This document shows positions 28,069 through 39,546 of a stretch of 64,000 nt of DNA, piece after piece. This DNA is from Candidatus Cloacimonadales bacterium (lineage in GTDB: Bacteria; Cloacimonadota; Cloacimonadia; Cloacimonadales; JAFGVF01). The translations under genes and the position numbers were made by a program. The notes under the pieces were generated by a model that saw only the letters and a program-made list of their open reading frames with translations, had not been told where the DNA came from and ran no database searches. Location of the stretch: positions 2,304,001 through 2,368,000 of the forward strand of contig OY759729.1 in NCBI GenBank assembly GCA_963662585.1, read 5' to 3'. The stretch's first letter is position 1. Every line of letters begins with the position of its first letter.

Positions 28069-30972
28069 ATGAAACTGTATGTAACTTTATTATGTGCTTT
28101 GTTTACTAATATTTTATTTGGGCAAGCATTATGGCAAGAACCTTTGGCAATTAGACAAGCAGGTGATTTGGAATGGCGTGAATCTTCAGTTACTACAGAG
28201 GATAATGGAATCATCCATGTTTGGTCTGAATACAGGAATGGAATCAAAAGTGTTTTGGCAATGAAATATAACAATGAAAGTAATCCCCTTTGGGGAGACA
28301 CCCCAATTATTGTAGCTGAATCAAATGATTCTCAATTTTATGCAAGAATTATTGCTACAAATGATGGTGGAGTGGTGATTGTATGGATAGAACAATCAAA
28401 TTCTAGCCATATTAGGGGACAAAAGCTTGATGCCTTAGGAAATAGGTTATGGTCTGACCAAGGTATTTTTATTAGTAACCAATTCGATGAAGAGCAAATC
28501 AATCTTCTCTTGCTTTACCCCAATCTAGATGGAGGAGCTATTGTATCCTGGATGTATGAAGATACTTCTTTGATAAGTTTAGACAGTAATGGAGATAATC
28601 TATGGTCAGAAATGGACTTAAATATTGGGAGTATATCTTGGGGAAATCAAATTGTAAGTGATGGACATGGAGGATTGATAGTCCTTGATACGCCAGAAGA
28701 TTCTTATTTTACAAATGTTAAAAGAATCGGAGAATCAGGTGATTTATTATGGGAAGAAAATGTTCTTATGCAAAACCCTGGAAGTTACAATCAAGTTTTG
28801 AGGTCAATCTATGATAATAACGATAATTATTACATTATGTTAGAGGATTTTAGTGAAAATAGTAAGGGTGTTAATATAAGTAAAATATCATTAACTGGCG
28901 AAATTTCTACAGATTCATTATTTATACCTTTAACTGACATAAATTTGGGACTTTATCCAATAAATTACTCTTGTAATGAAAATGGAGATTTATTTATTTC
29001 AACTTATACTAATTTTATATCAAATAACTCATACAAAGCTTTTAAAATAGATTCTAATTTGAATCATGTTTGGAATGAGGTAGGTGTTTCAATCAATGAC
29101 TTCGATACGAGTGATCTTTCACAAGTTAAAATTTGTGCATCAGATTCTGGAGATCTTTTTATTCTAAATATTGATTCAGTTAATAATTATCTAAATCCAT
29201 CTTATGAAATTAATCTGTTCAAGATAGATGCAGTTGGAAGTCTTGAAAATGATGAGGGTATTTTAGTTTTTCAAAATCAAGGGAGTATTTATGAACCATT
29301 CTTAGGGTATCAAGAAGATTTATTCATTACTTGGAAAGAGATGAGCGAAGGTTATTTAAACTTGAAACATAAAACATTCAATGATAACTTACAAGCTCTT
29401 ACATCAAGTTCAAATGAAAATATAAGACTATTGTTGACTGGTTCAGCCAATAAAAACATGAGTTTTCCACTAGCAGATACAAATCAAATAGCTGCTATTT
29501 GGATTGATTATCGTATGGGAGATGGAAATAAACTTAAATATCAAATTATCAATCCTGATGGAAGTTTTGAATTTGCTGATAATGGAATTGATATCGCAGA
29601 CTTCACTTATGATGTTAATTATGACTTTGATGTTATGGATTTTGTTGCAGAGCAAAATGATGAAGGACAAATATGTGTTGTATGGAGAACAAATAATCTG
29701 GGAACTAAAATTCAAAGTCGAGTAATCGATGCAGATGGTAGTCTTTTAGGTAGTGATAGTGGGCAAGAAGTCTATTTATTGAACTCAAATGAAGGAATAA
29801 TTAATTTGTTTATAAGTTCATACGAGGATACTTTTTACTTGTCTTATTTGATAGAAAGTTATCCTGGTAGTGAAAGAAATATTTATTCAACTCTAAAAAA
29901 CGGGTCTTTTGAGTGGGGACAAGCAAATTTAATCGATTCTTACTCTGGAGCTAACCAAGAATTATTTGAAATATCTAAGACAATTAATAATTATTGTATT
30001 GTTAAAGAGGGTAATCAAAGTCATCATGCCTACAAGATAGCTGAAGATGGATCAGTTTTAGAATCTAATCAAGTTCTATTTGGATACAAGTTTGATTTTG
30101 ATTGTGACAATGATAATAATCTTTTCTATACTTGGTACTCTGATGGTAAAATTTATCTTCAAGGTATTACAGAGACTGATCAAGAATATTGGAATGGTCC
30201 AATTCAAGTTTCTTATGAAGGACCAAATGATTATGTTCAAGCACGATATCCAAAAATTCTTGTAAGAGATTCTGCGATTAATGTTTTATGGAGCCAACCA
30301 AATGGTGACTCTGAGTATGGTTTGAGAGGACAAAAAATTGATTATTCTGGTAATAAACTATGGAATCAATATGGCTTGTTAATTTCTACTAATGAATATT
30401 ACTTCAACTTAACTCATTTGCAAGAAACATTTGATGGACATATTATTGGAGGATGGAGAGAATATCATGGCATTTCTGGGGATTATAGATTAAGTATCAT
30501 AGACAATAATGGCTCTATTTGTTATGCAGGTTATTCTGCTTCATTTACAGGTTCTGAAACAAGCAGAGATATGCTTTCTATTATTAATTTAGCTAATGAT
30601 GAAATGTTTGCTACCTGGATTTATGAAGGTGGACTTTATGCACAAATTGTTGATTTAGTCAGTGTTGATAATGATCATAATGAAGTTGCTATAATTTCCA
30701 ATGAGCTCTTGCAGAATTATCCCAATCCGTTTAATCCAGAAACTAACATATCCTTTAATGTTAAAGAAAGTGGGAATGTGAAGATTGATATCTATAATAT
30801 CAAAGGACAGAAGGTAAAGACTTTGATAAATGATTCTTATATTTCTGGTATTCAAAATATAGTTTGGAAGGGTGAAGATGATAATAAGAAGCAAGTATCA
30901 TCTGGAATTTACCTATATAAAATGCAAAACGGTAAGTATAGTTCAACCAAAAAAATGATTTTAATTAAATAG
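28069..30972 (+). CDS. Large secreted beta-rich protein with FlgD-Ig/T9SS-like C-terminal domain
   Basis: Signal peptide, repeated 'W...R/Q K.D..G..LW...G' units, NYPNPFNPETNISF tail. Confidence 0.82.
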   Translation: MKLYVTLLCALFTNILFGQALWQEPLAIRQAGDLEWRESSVTTEDNGIIHVWSEYRNGIKSVLAMKYNNESNPLWGDTPIIVAESNDSQFYARIIATNDGGVVIVWIEQSNSSHIRGQKLDALGNRLWSDQGIFISNQFDEEQINLLLLYPNLDGGAIVSWMYEDTSLISLDSNGDNLWSEMDLNIGSISWGNQIVSDGHGGLIVLDTPEDSYFTNVKRIGESGDLLWEENVLMQNPGSYNQVLRSIYDNNDNYYIMLEDFSENSKGVNISKISLTGEISTDSLFIPLTDINLGLYPINYSCNENGDLFISTYTNFISNNSYKAFKIDSNLNHVWNEVGVSINDFDTSDLSQVKICASDSGDLFILNIDSVNNYLNPSYEINLFKIDAVGSLENDEGILVFQNQGSIYEPFLGYQEDLFITWKEMSEGYLNLKHKTFNDNLQALTSSSNENIRLLLTGSANKNMSFPLADTNQIAAIWIDYRMGDGNKLKYQIINPDGSFEFADNGIDIADFTYDVNYDFDVMDFVAEQNDEGQICVVWRTNNLGTKIQSRVIDADGSLLGSDSGQEVYLLNSNEGIINLFISSYEDTFYLSYLIESYPGSERNIYSTLKNGSFEWGQANLIDSYSGANQELFEISKTINNYCIVKEGNQSHHAYKIAEDGSVLESNQVLFGYKFDFDCDNDNNLFYTWYSDGKIYLQGITETDQEYWNGPIQVSYEGPNDYVQARYPKILVRDSAINVLWSQPNGDSEYGLRGQKIDYSGNKLWNQYGLLISTNEYYFNLTHLQETFDGHIIGGWREYHGISGDYRLSIIDNNGSICYAGYSASFTGSETSRDMLSIINLANDEMFATWIYEGGLYAQIVDLVSVDNDHNEVAIISNELLQNYPNPFNPETNISFNVKESGNVKIDIYNIKGQKVKTLINDSYISGIQNIVWKGEDDNKKQVSSGIYLYKMQNGKYSSTKKMILIK

Positions 30973-31040
30973 TATCATATGATCTTAAGGTTAGAATAGT
31001 TTTTTAACTAATTTTCCTTGAGGATAAATAATTAAAATAT

Positions 31041-31073
31041 AGGCGCAACTGCTTGGTTGTGCCTTCTTCTTTT
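31041..31073 (+). terminator. Intrinsic terminator
   Basis: aggcgcaac-tgcttg-gttgtgcct then tcttctttt. Confidence 0.65.
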
Positions 31074-31086
31074 CGGCATTTTTTGA

Positions 31087-31319
31087 TGGCTTTTTTCGAA
31101 AACCAAACCCACAACTAGCTACTAAGATAAAGACTTACAGGAGATTAGTAGCTTAGCAAACTCTCCAAACATCCTTTAAAACTAGCAGAGAAATTGTAAA
31201 AAATACCTGCATAAGCTGTTAAATAGGAAATTTTGAGACATCGTTGAGACAGCGTGTAAATAACTAATAAATAGCACCGATATACATCTCACAGGGAAAA
31301 CTTGGGTGTCACTTTTTAG
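31087..31319 (+). repeat. Repeat R1 copy C (5'-truncated)
   Basis: tggcttttttcgaa...gggaaaacttgggtgtcactttttag. Confidence 0.9.
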
Positions 31320-31799
31320 ACATCATAATTCTCTTAATTTTACAATTTAGTATCCTCAACATTTCTTAAACTTCTTAAATATAAAAAGATAATACTAAAA
31401 ACATAGCCACACTGCAAGTGAGGACAAATTTGCTATAGAATTACTTATCATTTGCACTATATTAAAGAAAATTTTTATTAATTTCAACACCATAATTCTT
31501 CAAATAATTGATAGATTCCAAAGAAACTTTTTCCTGAGTTTCCCAATATCACCTCGCATCCCTACTGTAATATTTTTTTTTAAATTTAAAAAAATTAATT
31601 CTGCACGATATAGAAAGCCACTATTTATAACACTATCCATAATTCTGTAAGACAATTTATTAGGGTACTATTTTTCCTCATATATGAATAAATTTATTAA
31701 AGAAATTTAATTTCCTATTAATCTTCATTTAATATAGGGTGGGTATATTCCATTTGTGAAGTTTAGTTTTCGTGTAAAAAAACAAAAAGGTGGAATAAT

Positions 31800-32744
31800 A
31801 TGAATACTAATATCAAGAAAGCAAAGCAAGCTATAATTAGAGGAATCTGTTTTGATAAACTTATAACTGTTTTACTCATCATTCTATTTTTATCTAGTAA
31901 CTTATCTGCTCAGAATCTGTTAAAATCTATTCTCAACACGAAATCAGACAAGTCGGAGAGCGAAGAAGGAACTAAGATAGGATTCAATCCTGAGAATTTT
32001 ATTAATCCAATACTAAGCACAAATCCCTATCACCCGCTAAAACCAGGACTACAATGGGTTCGTGGTGGAACTACTGAGGTAGGTTCCAGAGTAGTTCCTC
32101 ATGAGATCATTACTACAATGACAGATGTAATCAGAATAATCCAAGGGGTACCAACTGTTGCAATGCTGGATGAATCTACAGATTCAGGAGAGATGTCTCA
32201 AGTTAGTATTGATTATCTAGCCTTGGATAAAGATGGCAATGTGTGGATTTTAGGCGGATATTCTGAAGAATATGAAGGGGGTTTATACACAAACCTGGAT
32301 GATGCCTGGCTTGGAGAAGGTAAAGGATCTGAGGTTGGTATTCTGATGCCTTCTGAGGTTACCATGGAAACACCTCGTTGGTTTGTAGGAAAATCTCCTG
32401 GTGAAGCACCTACTGTAGCCGAACCAGTTGAGATAGGCATGACCCAATGTGTTGAATTCGACTGTTTTGATGATGTTTGGGTAATTCGAGAAGGTGAAGT
32501 AGGAGCTATCGATAACGAGTTCAAATATTACGCTCCAGGTGTGGGTGTTATTTATAATGTACCCCAAGACGAAAGCTTGCATAAAGATTTCTTTGAATTA
32601 TTGAACTTCGTTGAACTTAGTCCAGAAGGATTGGCAAAGGCTAGTCAAACTGTTTTGAAACTAGAAGAACATGCTCGTAAGAAAACAGCACGAAGAGTTT
32701 TCGGTCCAGAGCCTGTTTCTAAGAGGGCTGAGAAAAATGAATAA
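31800..32744 (+). CDS. Hypothetical exported protein, first gene of ABC operon
   Basis: N-terminal hydrophobic segment; NPYHPLKPG..W, D.DGNVW..G, EFKYYAPGVG; overlaps the next start. Confidence 0.7.
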   Translation: MNTNIKKAKQAIIRGICFDKLITVLLIILFLSSNLSAQNLLKSILNTKSDKSESEEGTKIGFNPENFINPILSTNPYHPLKPGLQWVRGGTTEVGSRVVPHEIITTMTDVIRIIQGVPTVAMLDESTDSGEMSQVSIDYLALDKDGNVWILGGYSEEYEGGLYTNLDDAWLGEGKGSEVGILMPSEVTMETPRWFVGKSPGEAPTVAEPVEIGMTQCVEFDCFDDVWVIREGEVGAIDNEFKYYAPGVGVIYNVPQDESLHKDFFELLNFVELSPEGLAKASQTVLKLEEHARKKTARRVFGPEPVSKRAEKNE

Positions 32745-33408
32745 CACTGTTGTAAGTCTGACAAGTGTCTCCCATTCGTATAAAACAGATAATGGAGTTA
32801 TTCCAGTGCTTGAAAATGTGAATCTTACCATTCGACACGGAGAAAAAGTAAGCTTGGTTGGGCCTTCTGGATGTGGAAAATCAACTCTTCTGTCTCTAAT
32901 TGCTGGACTTATTAAACCTTTTGAAGGAGATATCTGTATCGATGGTGATTTAATGAGTAAACTTAAGGATAAAGACCGTGCCCAAATTCGAGCTAAAAAA
33001 ATAGGGATTGCTCTCCAATCCGACAATCTTATACCCTTTCTTACTTCACTCGAAAATATCGAATTAGTTTTATCATATGGTAGATATGGGAATAAGCATG
33101 AAATAAGGAAACAAGCGGAACACCTGCTTAACAAGTTCGGATTATCTCACCGTTCTCAGCACCTTCCAAGACAATTATCTGGTGGTGAAGCACAACGCGT
33201 TGCTTTAGCAGCATCCGTAGCAAACAGCCCCTTGTTATTGTTGGCAGATGAATTCGGGGCTCAACTGGATGCAGGGACAGCTAAACAGGTTATAAGTGAA
33301 ATTTTACAAGAAGATTTTGCGGTATTGTTTGTAACTCATAATTTAGAACAAGCTCAATTAACTCCAAGCAGATATGAAATCAAAAATGGAAGGGTGGAAT
33401 TGATATGA
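32737..33408 (+). CDS. ABC transporter ATP-binding protein (LolD/MacB-like)
   Basis: GPSGCGKST, LSGGEAQRV, LLLADE, VTH. Start at MNNTVV. Confidence 0.9.
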   Translation: MNNTVVSLTSVSHSYKTDNGVIPVLENVNLTIRHGEKVSLVGPSGCGKSTLLSLIAGLIKPFEGDICIDGDLMSKLKDKDRAQIRAKKIGIALQSDNLIPFLTSLENIELVLSYGRYGNKHEIRKQAEHLLNKFGLSHRSQHLPRQLSGGEAQRVALAASVANSPLLLLADEFGAQLDAGTAKQVISEILQEDFAVLFVTHNLEQAQLTPSRYEIKNGRVELI

Positions 33409-34103
33409 ATAGAAAGAAATCAATCTCAGCTAAGAATGTAGTTGTTGAATATAAAACATCAGAAGGTACTATTCGAGCTTTGGAATGCAAAGACTTGTAT
33501 GTACAAAGCACTTCAAGCGTTGCAGTGATGGGATCGAGTGGCTGTGGAAAATCGACTCTTCTAGGTTTGTTGGCTGGTATAGCAATACCTACACATGGTA
33601 GCATTAGAATTGGTGATGTAGAGTTATCTTCTCTTAGCGAAAAACAAAGAACAAGTTTTAGGAGAGATAATCTCGGAATGGTATATCAAGCAGATAATCT
33701 ATTACCCTTTTTAACAGTTGAAGAGAATATTAGATTAAGCCTTGGTATTTCAGAATCAAATACCAAAAACACAAGTAATCGTTTACATGATCTTCTTGAT
33801 CAACTGGGCTTATCAGGACTTGAAAAACGACTTCCAGATCAGATGTCTGGTGGACAAAGGCAAAGAGTGGCAATTGCCAGGGCTGTATTTCATGAACCAA
33901 AAATTATACTTGCAGATGAACCAACAGGGGCACTTGACGAACTAAATGCACAAAAGGTTATTAATATTCTCAGCAGGTTACAGCATGAGATTGGGGCTAC
34001 ACTTGTTGTTGTAACTCATGATCCCAAAATAGCTAAACTGCTGGATACAACTATATATATTAAATCACCTGAAAGAAAAATAAAAGAGGACCTCTATGTT
34101 TAA
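33405..34103 (+). CDS. ABC transporter ATP-binding protein (LolD/MacB-like)
   Basis: GSSGCGKST, MSGGQRQRVAIARA, ILADEPTGALD, VTHD. Confidence 0.93.
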   Translation: MNRKKSISAKNVVVEYKTSEGTIRALECKDLYVQSTSSVAVMGSSGCGKSTLLGLLAGIAIPTHGSIRIGDVELSSLSEKQRTSFRRDNLGMVYQADNLLPFLTVEENIRLSLGISESNTKNTSNRLHDLLDQLGLSGLEKRLPDQMSGGQRQRVAIARAVFHEPKIILADEPTGALDELNAQKVINILSRLQHEIGATLVVVTHDPKIAKLLDTTIYIKSPERKIKEDLYV

Positions 34104-37100
34104 AAGATATGTACTATTAGACCTGATAAGAAATCCGAGAAGAACTCTTTCAACATTAACAGGAGTTATGCTAGGTGTTGGCCTCCTATGCGGTGTGCTG
34201 TTTTTTGTAGATGGTCTTTCAACATCAATGACACAAAGATCTGTAGCACCTTTAGCTATCGATATGCAAAGAATCATCAGTAAACATATTGGCAGCTTTG
34301 TATCTCTCACTCAAACTATCGCTTATGTGGACAGCGTTAATACACCAGATATAGTTGAAATAACACTCAAACTTAAAAATGAAGGTAATTTTATTGCAAA
34401 TGATGTAACTGTTCGTTCTCGTCTGAAAAAGGAACTTATATTTATTAAGGGATCAGCAGAAATAGATGGGAAACCCTTAGATAAATTTGAGGATAATCCT
34501 TTTGCTCATGGTTTGGGAAGAACTGGATATAATCTTGGTTCAGTAAAACCTGGAGAAGCTCATTTTCTTAGCTACAGAGCAAAAGCTGAAAATAATGCTG
34601 AAATTGAGAAAAATCTAATTACCACTTTCTCCACCCGAGAATCTTTAATGCCAGTAAAGGCAAATAAACCTCAACAAGTACCACTCTCAGAACTATCGGA
34701 TATAATCAGTAAGATTGAAGGAGTGAAACTTGCCGAGCAGCTTTCTTATGCAGATCTTGGATATGATAAGATTACCTTCAAAAATAACTCTTCACCTGGA
34801 ATGACCAGGATATTTGGGTTGAATAACAGTTATGCAAAGCACGATGAAACAATTTCAATAACAAGTGGTGAACTTATCGATAATGGAGCAGTGCTAAGTA
34901 TTGAAGCTTCAAGAATTATCAAAGCATCAATTGGAGACTCAATTATAATAAGTCTTCCAGACAGCTCTTTTCATAAAATTATGGTTACGGGGATTGCTGA
35001 TTTAAGTCGTTCTCGAGCTCTTTTTAACAGCCGTCGAGGTGCAGACCTTGAGGAATTCTTATATATTCCAAGCTCTTTGATCATAACTTCAAAATACTTC
35101 GAAGAAATTGTTTTTCCAGCTTATCAGTCTGCAGCAAGTGAAAACGAAGATCGTTTGAAAAATCCACCTGTTCGGGAAATAGATATCTGGCTTGATCATG
35201 CTCTCTTAAATGGCTCTCCTGAAATTGCATTAACTGAAACCAAACAAATAAACAGTAGAATAAAAGAAGTAGCTGCTCATCAAGATTATGTTCTTGATAA
35301 CATCTCCAATACTCTGGAAGTAGCAGTTGCAGATGCACACACTGCAAAAAAGCTTTTCTTCTTCTTAGGAATTCCAGGAGGATTTCTAGCAGCAATGCTT
35401 GCAGCTTATGCCGCTAATGTTCTAGCGTCAGCCCAGCGTCGGGAACAAGCAACTCTCAGGGTTAGAGGTGCTTCCGGGTCATATTTATTTAAGATGCTGG
35501 CATTAAGAACTTTTCTTATCACAACTATTGGAACAATTTTTGGATTATTATTAGGTTTTGTTATATCCAGTGCCATTCTGGGATATGACTCAATGCTGAA
35601 TGCTGGTTTCTTAAGGCTTTCGATTTCAGGATTGCTGGGAACAATGGGAGGCTTTCTAGCTACTGGAATTTCATTGTATTTGACGGGGCATGTTTCTATT
35701 GTCAGACAAATTAATGAAGAACGAGCTAGATTATCTGAACGAACTCCTTACTGGCGCAGGTTAAACCTGGACATATTCAGTTTTGCAATTCTTGTAATAG
35801 GAACTGCAATTGCTTTATTAACGAACTCCTTTGAAGGTTCTAGTGGATCTGTCTATTTTGGCAAAGGTGTAGATCTGAATCTTATTATGTTGGTTTTTCC
35901 TGTCATGTTGTGGTTCTCAGGAAGCTATCTTTTTGCTCGCTTTTTAGTAATTTTTCTATCTAATCTTAGAAGAAAACAAAGAATTGGTATCCTAAAACCA
36001 TGGCCAGGAGTTTTTTGGCTCAGCATAAACCGCAGACCCTGGCCCATTGCATATGGCTCCATAATCATTTCTCTAATTGTTGCTCTTTCGGTTAGCTTAT
36101 CTGGGTTCACTGCTTCATACAACAGAGCAAAAAAAAATGATGCTCTTTATGCTGCAGGATCAGACATCAGAATTATTCCTGATCCAACATCAATGAATAA
36201 AATGCAGATATCCGACACACATAAACTGAAAGTTGATGGTATCAAAGAAGTGACTCCTGTTTACTACAGTGTTCAGAATGTCATTATCAGAAGCAATCGA
36301 ACATCAGATCCTGCAAATATGCTGGCTGTAGATCCTGATTCTTTTGGTAAAGTTGCACCATTGTATGATCTTGATTTCAATGACATTACTGCTGAACAAT
36401 CTCTTAACATTTTAAAAAACGAACAAGAATCTGTATTCCTGAGTGATGATATGGCCGATTTCCTGCAGGCTGAAGTAGGAGATACTTTACATGTTCTTCT
36501 TGAGAGAGGTTCAAACAAGCAAACTGAGATAATGCAAATCATTAAAGGTACCTTTAAGCGACTTCCAGGTTGTCCTGATGGTGCACATGCATTCATGTCA
36601 ATTCATGTATATTCAGAAAAAATTCCAGAAAAAGCTCCTGATTTCTTTCTCGCATCAGTGCAAAACGATCAGGTTGAGAATTTTGCAAGTATTGAGAAAG
36701 ATTTAGAAAATTCAGTTGGTAAGTTTTTCGAATATAGATTGGAAAGCAAGTATACTGTTCTATCTAAAGATCAATCAAGTCTCGCAGCATTAAACATTGC
36801 TGGTCTGGTTAAATTAGACTCCATCTTTGCCTTTGTTATGGCAATAGTAACGATTGGTATATTTGTCTTTGGTCTACTGTTCCAAAGAAGAAGAGAATAC
36901 ATCACCTTGAAAGCACAAGGGCTCAAACCTAACATCATCAGGTCATTAATAGCTGCAGAGGCTAGCAGCGTTGCTTTAGGTGGTAGCATTTCAGGTATTC
37001 TTGTAGGTATTACAATGGGCTTTTACTTTGTAAAAGTATTACAACCTTTATTCGTTCATGTTCCAGTATATGTAATATCTATACAATCTATTTTTCTTCC

Positions 37101-37197
37101 AATTTCACTTGTTTTTATTGGAACTGTAATCTCTTCATATACTGGTTCAAGACAAATAAACTCACTCAATCCAATGGAACTATTACGAGATGAATAA
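34096..37197 (+). CDS. FtsX/MacB-family ABC permease (two FtsX modules)
   Basis: RNPRRTLSTL, QRREQATLRVRG, QRRREYITLKAQG, NPMELLRDE. Confidence 0.88.
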   Translation: MFKRYVLLDLIRNPRRTLSTLTGVMLGVGLLCGVLFFVDGLSTSMTQRSVAPLAIDMQRIISKHIGSFVSLTQTIAYVDSVNTPDIVEITLKLKNEGNFIANDVTVRSRLKKELIFIKGSAEIDGKPLDKFEDNPFAHGLGRTGYNLGSVKPGEAHFLSYRAKAENNAEIEKNLITTFSTRESLMPVKANKPQQVPLSELSDIISKIEGVKLAEQLSYADLGYDKITFKNNSSPGMTRIFGLNNSYAKHDETISITSGELIDNGAVLSIEASRIIKASIGDSIIISLPDSSFHKIMVTGIADLSRSRALFNSRRGADLEEFLYIPSSLIITSKYFEEIVFPAYQSAASENEDRLKNPPVREIDIWLDHALLNGSPEIALTETKQINSRIKEVAAHQDYVLDNISNTLEVAVADAHTAKKLFFFLGIPGGFLAAMLAAYAANVLASAQRREQATLRVRGASGSYLFKMLALRTFLITTIGTIFGLLLGFVISSAILGYDSMLNAGFLRLSISGLLGTMGGFLATGISLYLTGHVSIVRQINEERARLSERTPYWRRLNLDIFSFAILVIGTAIALLTNSFEGSSGSVYFGKGVDLNLIMLVFPVMLWFSGSYLFARFLVIFLSNLRRKQRIGILKPWPGVFWLSINRRPWPIAYGSIIISLIVALSVSLSGFTASYNRAKKNDALYAAGSDIRIIPDPTSMNKMQISDTHKLKVDGIKEVTPVYYSVQNVIIRSNRTSDPANMLAVDPDSFGKVAPLYDLDFNDITAEQSLNILKNEQESVFLSDDMADFLQAEVGDTLHVLLERGSNKQTEIMQIIKGTFKRLPGCPDGAHAFMSIHVYSEKIPEKAPDFFLASVQNDQVENFASIEKDLENSVGKFFEYRLESKYTVLSKDQSSLAALNIAGLVKLDSIFAFVMAIVTIGIFVFGLLFQRRREYITLKAQGLKPNIIRSLIAAEASSVALGGSISGILVGITMGFYFVKVLQPLFVHVPVYVISIQSIFLPISLVFIGTVISSYTGSRQINSLNPMELLRDE

Positions 37198-37236
37198 AAA
37201 AATATTTATGGAAAACTAAATAAATTAGGAGGATAG

Positions 37237-37935
37237 ATGAAAAATCTAAAAAAAATATTGTTAATGGAAGTTGTTGAAAAACATATCATTATGCTAGTGA
37301 TTATTGTTTTAGCTTTCGGTTCGCTACAGGCTCAAATGAAACCAGAAATCCTTTTGAACATTGAAACTTCTGGGAATGAGATTTTAAGTGATGATTACGA
37401 ATATGGCATTTCACCCCAGTTAATTTTTGAATGGGAATCAATTAATCTTTTAGCTGAGACAAAATGGTATTTACCTTTACATCCTGAATCTAATCTTGGA
37501 GAAGCAGAACTGAATGTGGAACATGTTTTGCATTCCAAAATATGGTGGTTAGATTTTAAGCTGGGTAATACAAATTTGTGGATCTTTGAAGATAGTGAAC
37601 TTGAAGGAGTCGCTTTTTTCAATCCAATAATGTATATATCCAATATAGAATTTGAATTAGGCTTTGAAACTCAGTATATGCCAGATTTAGCCGTCAAGTT
37701 TGCTCCTTCTATCGTTTATGAATTTGCCCTACCTCGTGGAATAGCAGAAATTGGAGTAGGTCAGACTATTGTTCTATATGATGAATTTGCAAGAGGGGAA
37801 ACAGAATTTCCTATTACCTACGAATTTGATGCGGGAGAAAATTCTACCCTAGGATTTGAATTTACTCCATTAATCACTGAAGATAACGAGTTTAATCTTA
37901 ATATCATGCTCAAAGCTGAAATATCTTTTGATTAA
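37237..37935 (+). CDS. Hypothetical acidic exported protein, possible beta-barrel
   Basis: GGAGG RBS, signal-like segment, alternating hydrophobic strands. Confidence 0.55.
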   Translation: MKNLKKILLMEVVEKHIIMLVIIVLAFGSLQAQMKPEILLNIETSGNEILSDDYEYGISPQLIFEWESINLLAETKWYLPLHPESNLGEAELNVEHVLHSKIWWLDFKLGNTNLWIFEDSELEGVAFFNPIMYISNIEFELGFETQYMPDLAVKFAPSIVYEFALPRGIAEIGVGQTIVLYDEFARGETEFPITYEFDAGENSTLGFEFTPLITEDNEFNLNIMLKAEISFD

Positions 37936-38032
37936 AAGTTCGGACTAATAAAGCTTTAATGATAACATAAGATAGAACTATATGAAGTGGATCAAGAACT
38001 ATAGAAAAAATTAAAAAAAGAATGGAGGAGAC

Positions 38033-38785
38033 ATGTGTTTACAAAGAGAACTTGAAAAACAAGGCAACTGGCTTTTTACTTACAGAAGTTATTTGCCGAT
38101 ATTAATATTAGCTGTAGGTATTGTCATATATTTTAGAAATTATATTCACCTTGAGATGTTTAGTAGTAAAATTGTGATATATAAGTCATTTTATGCATAC
38201 TTATGCCTCTTCCTTAGTCTTTCAGGTGTTTTTGTTAGAGTATATACAGTAGGCTATACACCCAAAGGGACTTCTGGTAGAAACATAAAAAAACAAGTAG
38301 CACAAAGCTTGAATATGACAGGGATATATTCAGTGGTTCGTCACCCTTTATATTTGGGTAATTTTTTAATCTACCTTGGTATTTGTTTATTAATTGGACA
38401 TTTATGGTTCGTCATTATATTTTGCTTGCTGTTTTGGATCTACTACGAAAGGATCATGTATGCCGAGGAGCAGTTTTTATTTCGTAAATTCGGAAAGAAT
38501 TTTACGAATTGGTCTGCAGAAACTCCAGCTTTTATCCCAAGATTTAAATCATTTGTAAAACCAGCACAATCATTTAGCTGGAAAAAGGTCCTAAGAAAAG
38601 AAGCTGATGGTATTTTTGCCTTATCCTGTATTTTTTACTTTTTCAATATTGGAAGAGAGATAATTGAGAATAACGGTCATTTTAACTTGATTCTTGGATT
38701 TATGTTTCTATTTATTACTATAGGATACATTTTTACAAAGTATTTAAAGAAAAAGACCCGTTTTCTTAATGAAGTGGAGAAATAG
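38033..38785 (+). CDS. ICMT-family methyltransferase, lipid A phosphate O-methyltransferase (LmtA)-like
   Basis: EKQGNWLFTYRSYLP, GYTPKGTSGRN..QVA.SLN.TGIYS.VRHPLYLGN, YYERIMYAEEQFL. Confidence 0.8.
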   Translation: MCLQRELEKQGNWLFTYRSYLPILILAVGIVIYFRNYIHLEMFSSKIVIYKSFYAYLCLFLSLSGVFVRVYTVGYTPKGTSGRNIKKQVAQSLNMTGIYSVVRHPLYLGNFLIYLGICLLIGHLWFVIIFCLLFWIYYERIMYAEEQFLFRKFGKNFTNWSAETPAFIPRFKSFVKPAQSFSWKKVLRKEADGIFALSCIFYFFNIGREIIENNGHFNLILGFMFLFITIGYIFTKYLKKKTRFLNEVEK

Positions 38786-38868
38786 CCTGTTATAATGATA
38801 GTAGAAGCTTAAATTCTACTTACCAAATTCGCTTGAAATATGTGTAATTTAGAGAGAGGAAGATTTAA

Positions 38869-39540
38869 ATGAGAATTTTATTGGTCGAGGATGATAAAAA
38901 AATTGCTGGTTTTATTACCAAAGGTCTTCAGGAAGAAAACTATGCAGTAGATATTTTTCACAATGGAGAAGACGGTCTATATTGGGCTCTAGTAAATGAA
39001 TATGACTTGATTATTTTAGATATAATGCTGCCTCAGATGAATGGTTTAGAAATCTGTCGGGAAATCAGACGCAATCAAAAAAACACACCAATTATTATTT
39101 TAACAGCAAAAGGGTCTATTGAAGATAAGGTTAAAGGCTTGAGGATTGGGGCAGATGATTACTTGAGTAAACCATTTTCATTTGATGAATTATTAGCTCG
39201 TATTCAAGCTTTGTTAAGAAGATCGCAGGAATATCAGTCTCAAATTTTAATTGCAGCAGATTTAGAACTTGATGTCGGCTCACGAAGAGTCTCCCGATCA
39301 GGGAAAGAGATAATCCTATCAGGTAGAGAGTACGGTCTCTTGGAATTTTTGATGAGGAATAAGAATAAAGTCGTAACTGAAACTCAGATAATTGAACATG
39401 TCTGGGATATGAATTCTGAGTTGTTTACGAATGTCGTAAATGTATATATCCACCATCTACGAAAAAAAATAGATGAGGAAAGCTCTCAGAAGTTAATCTA
39501 TACGCTGCGCGGTCGAGGATATATTTTAAAGGATGAATAA
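38869..39540 (+). CDS. OmpR-family response regulator (CusR/CzcR-like)
   Basis: ILLVEDD, LDIMLP, GADDYLSKPF, VNVYIHHLRKK, RGRGY. Confidence 0.93.
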   Translation: MRILLVEDDKKIAGFITKGLQEENYAVDIFHNGEDGLYWALVNEYDLIILDIMLPQMNGLEICREIRRNQKNTPIIILTAKGSIEDKVKGLRIGADDYLSKPFSFDELLARIQALLRRSQEYQSQILIAADLELDVGSRRVSRSGKEIILSGREYGLLEFLMRNKNKVVTETQIIEHVWDMNSELFTNVVNVYIHHLRKKIDEESSQKLIYTLRGRGYILKDE

Positions 39541-39546
39541 ACCACT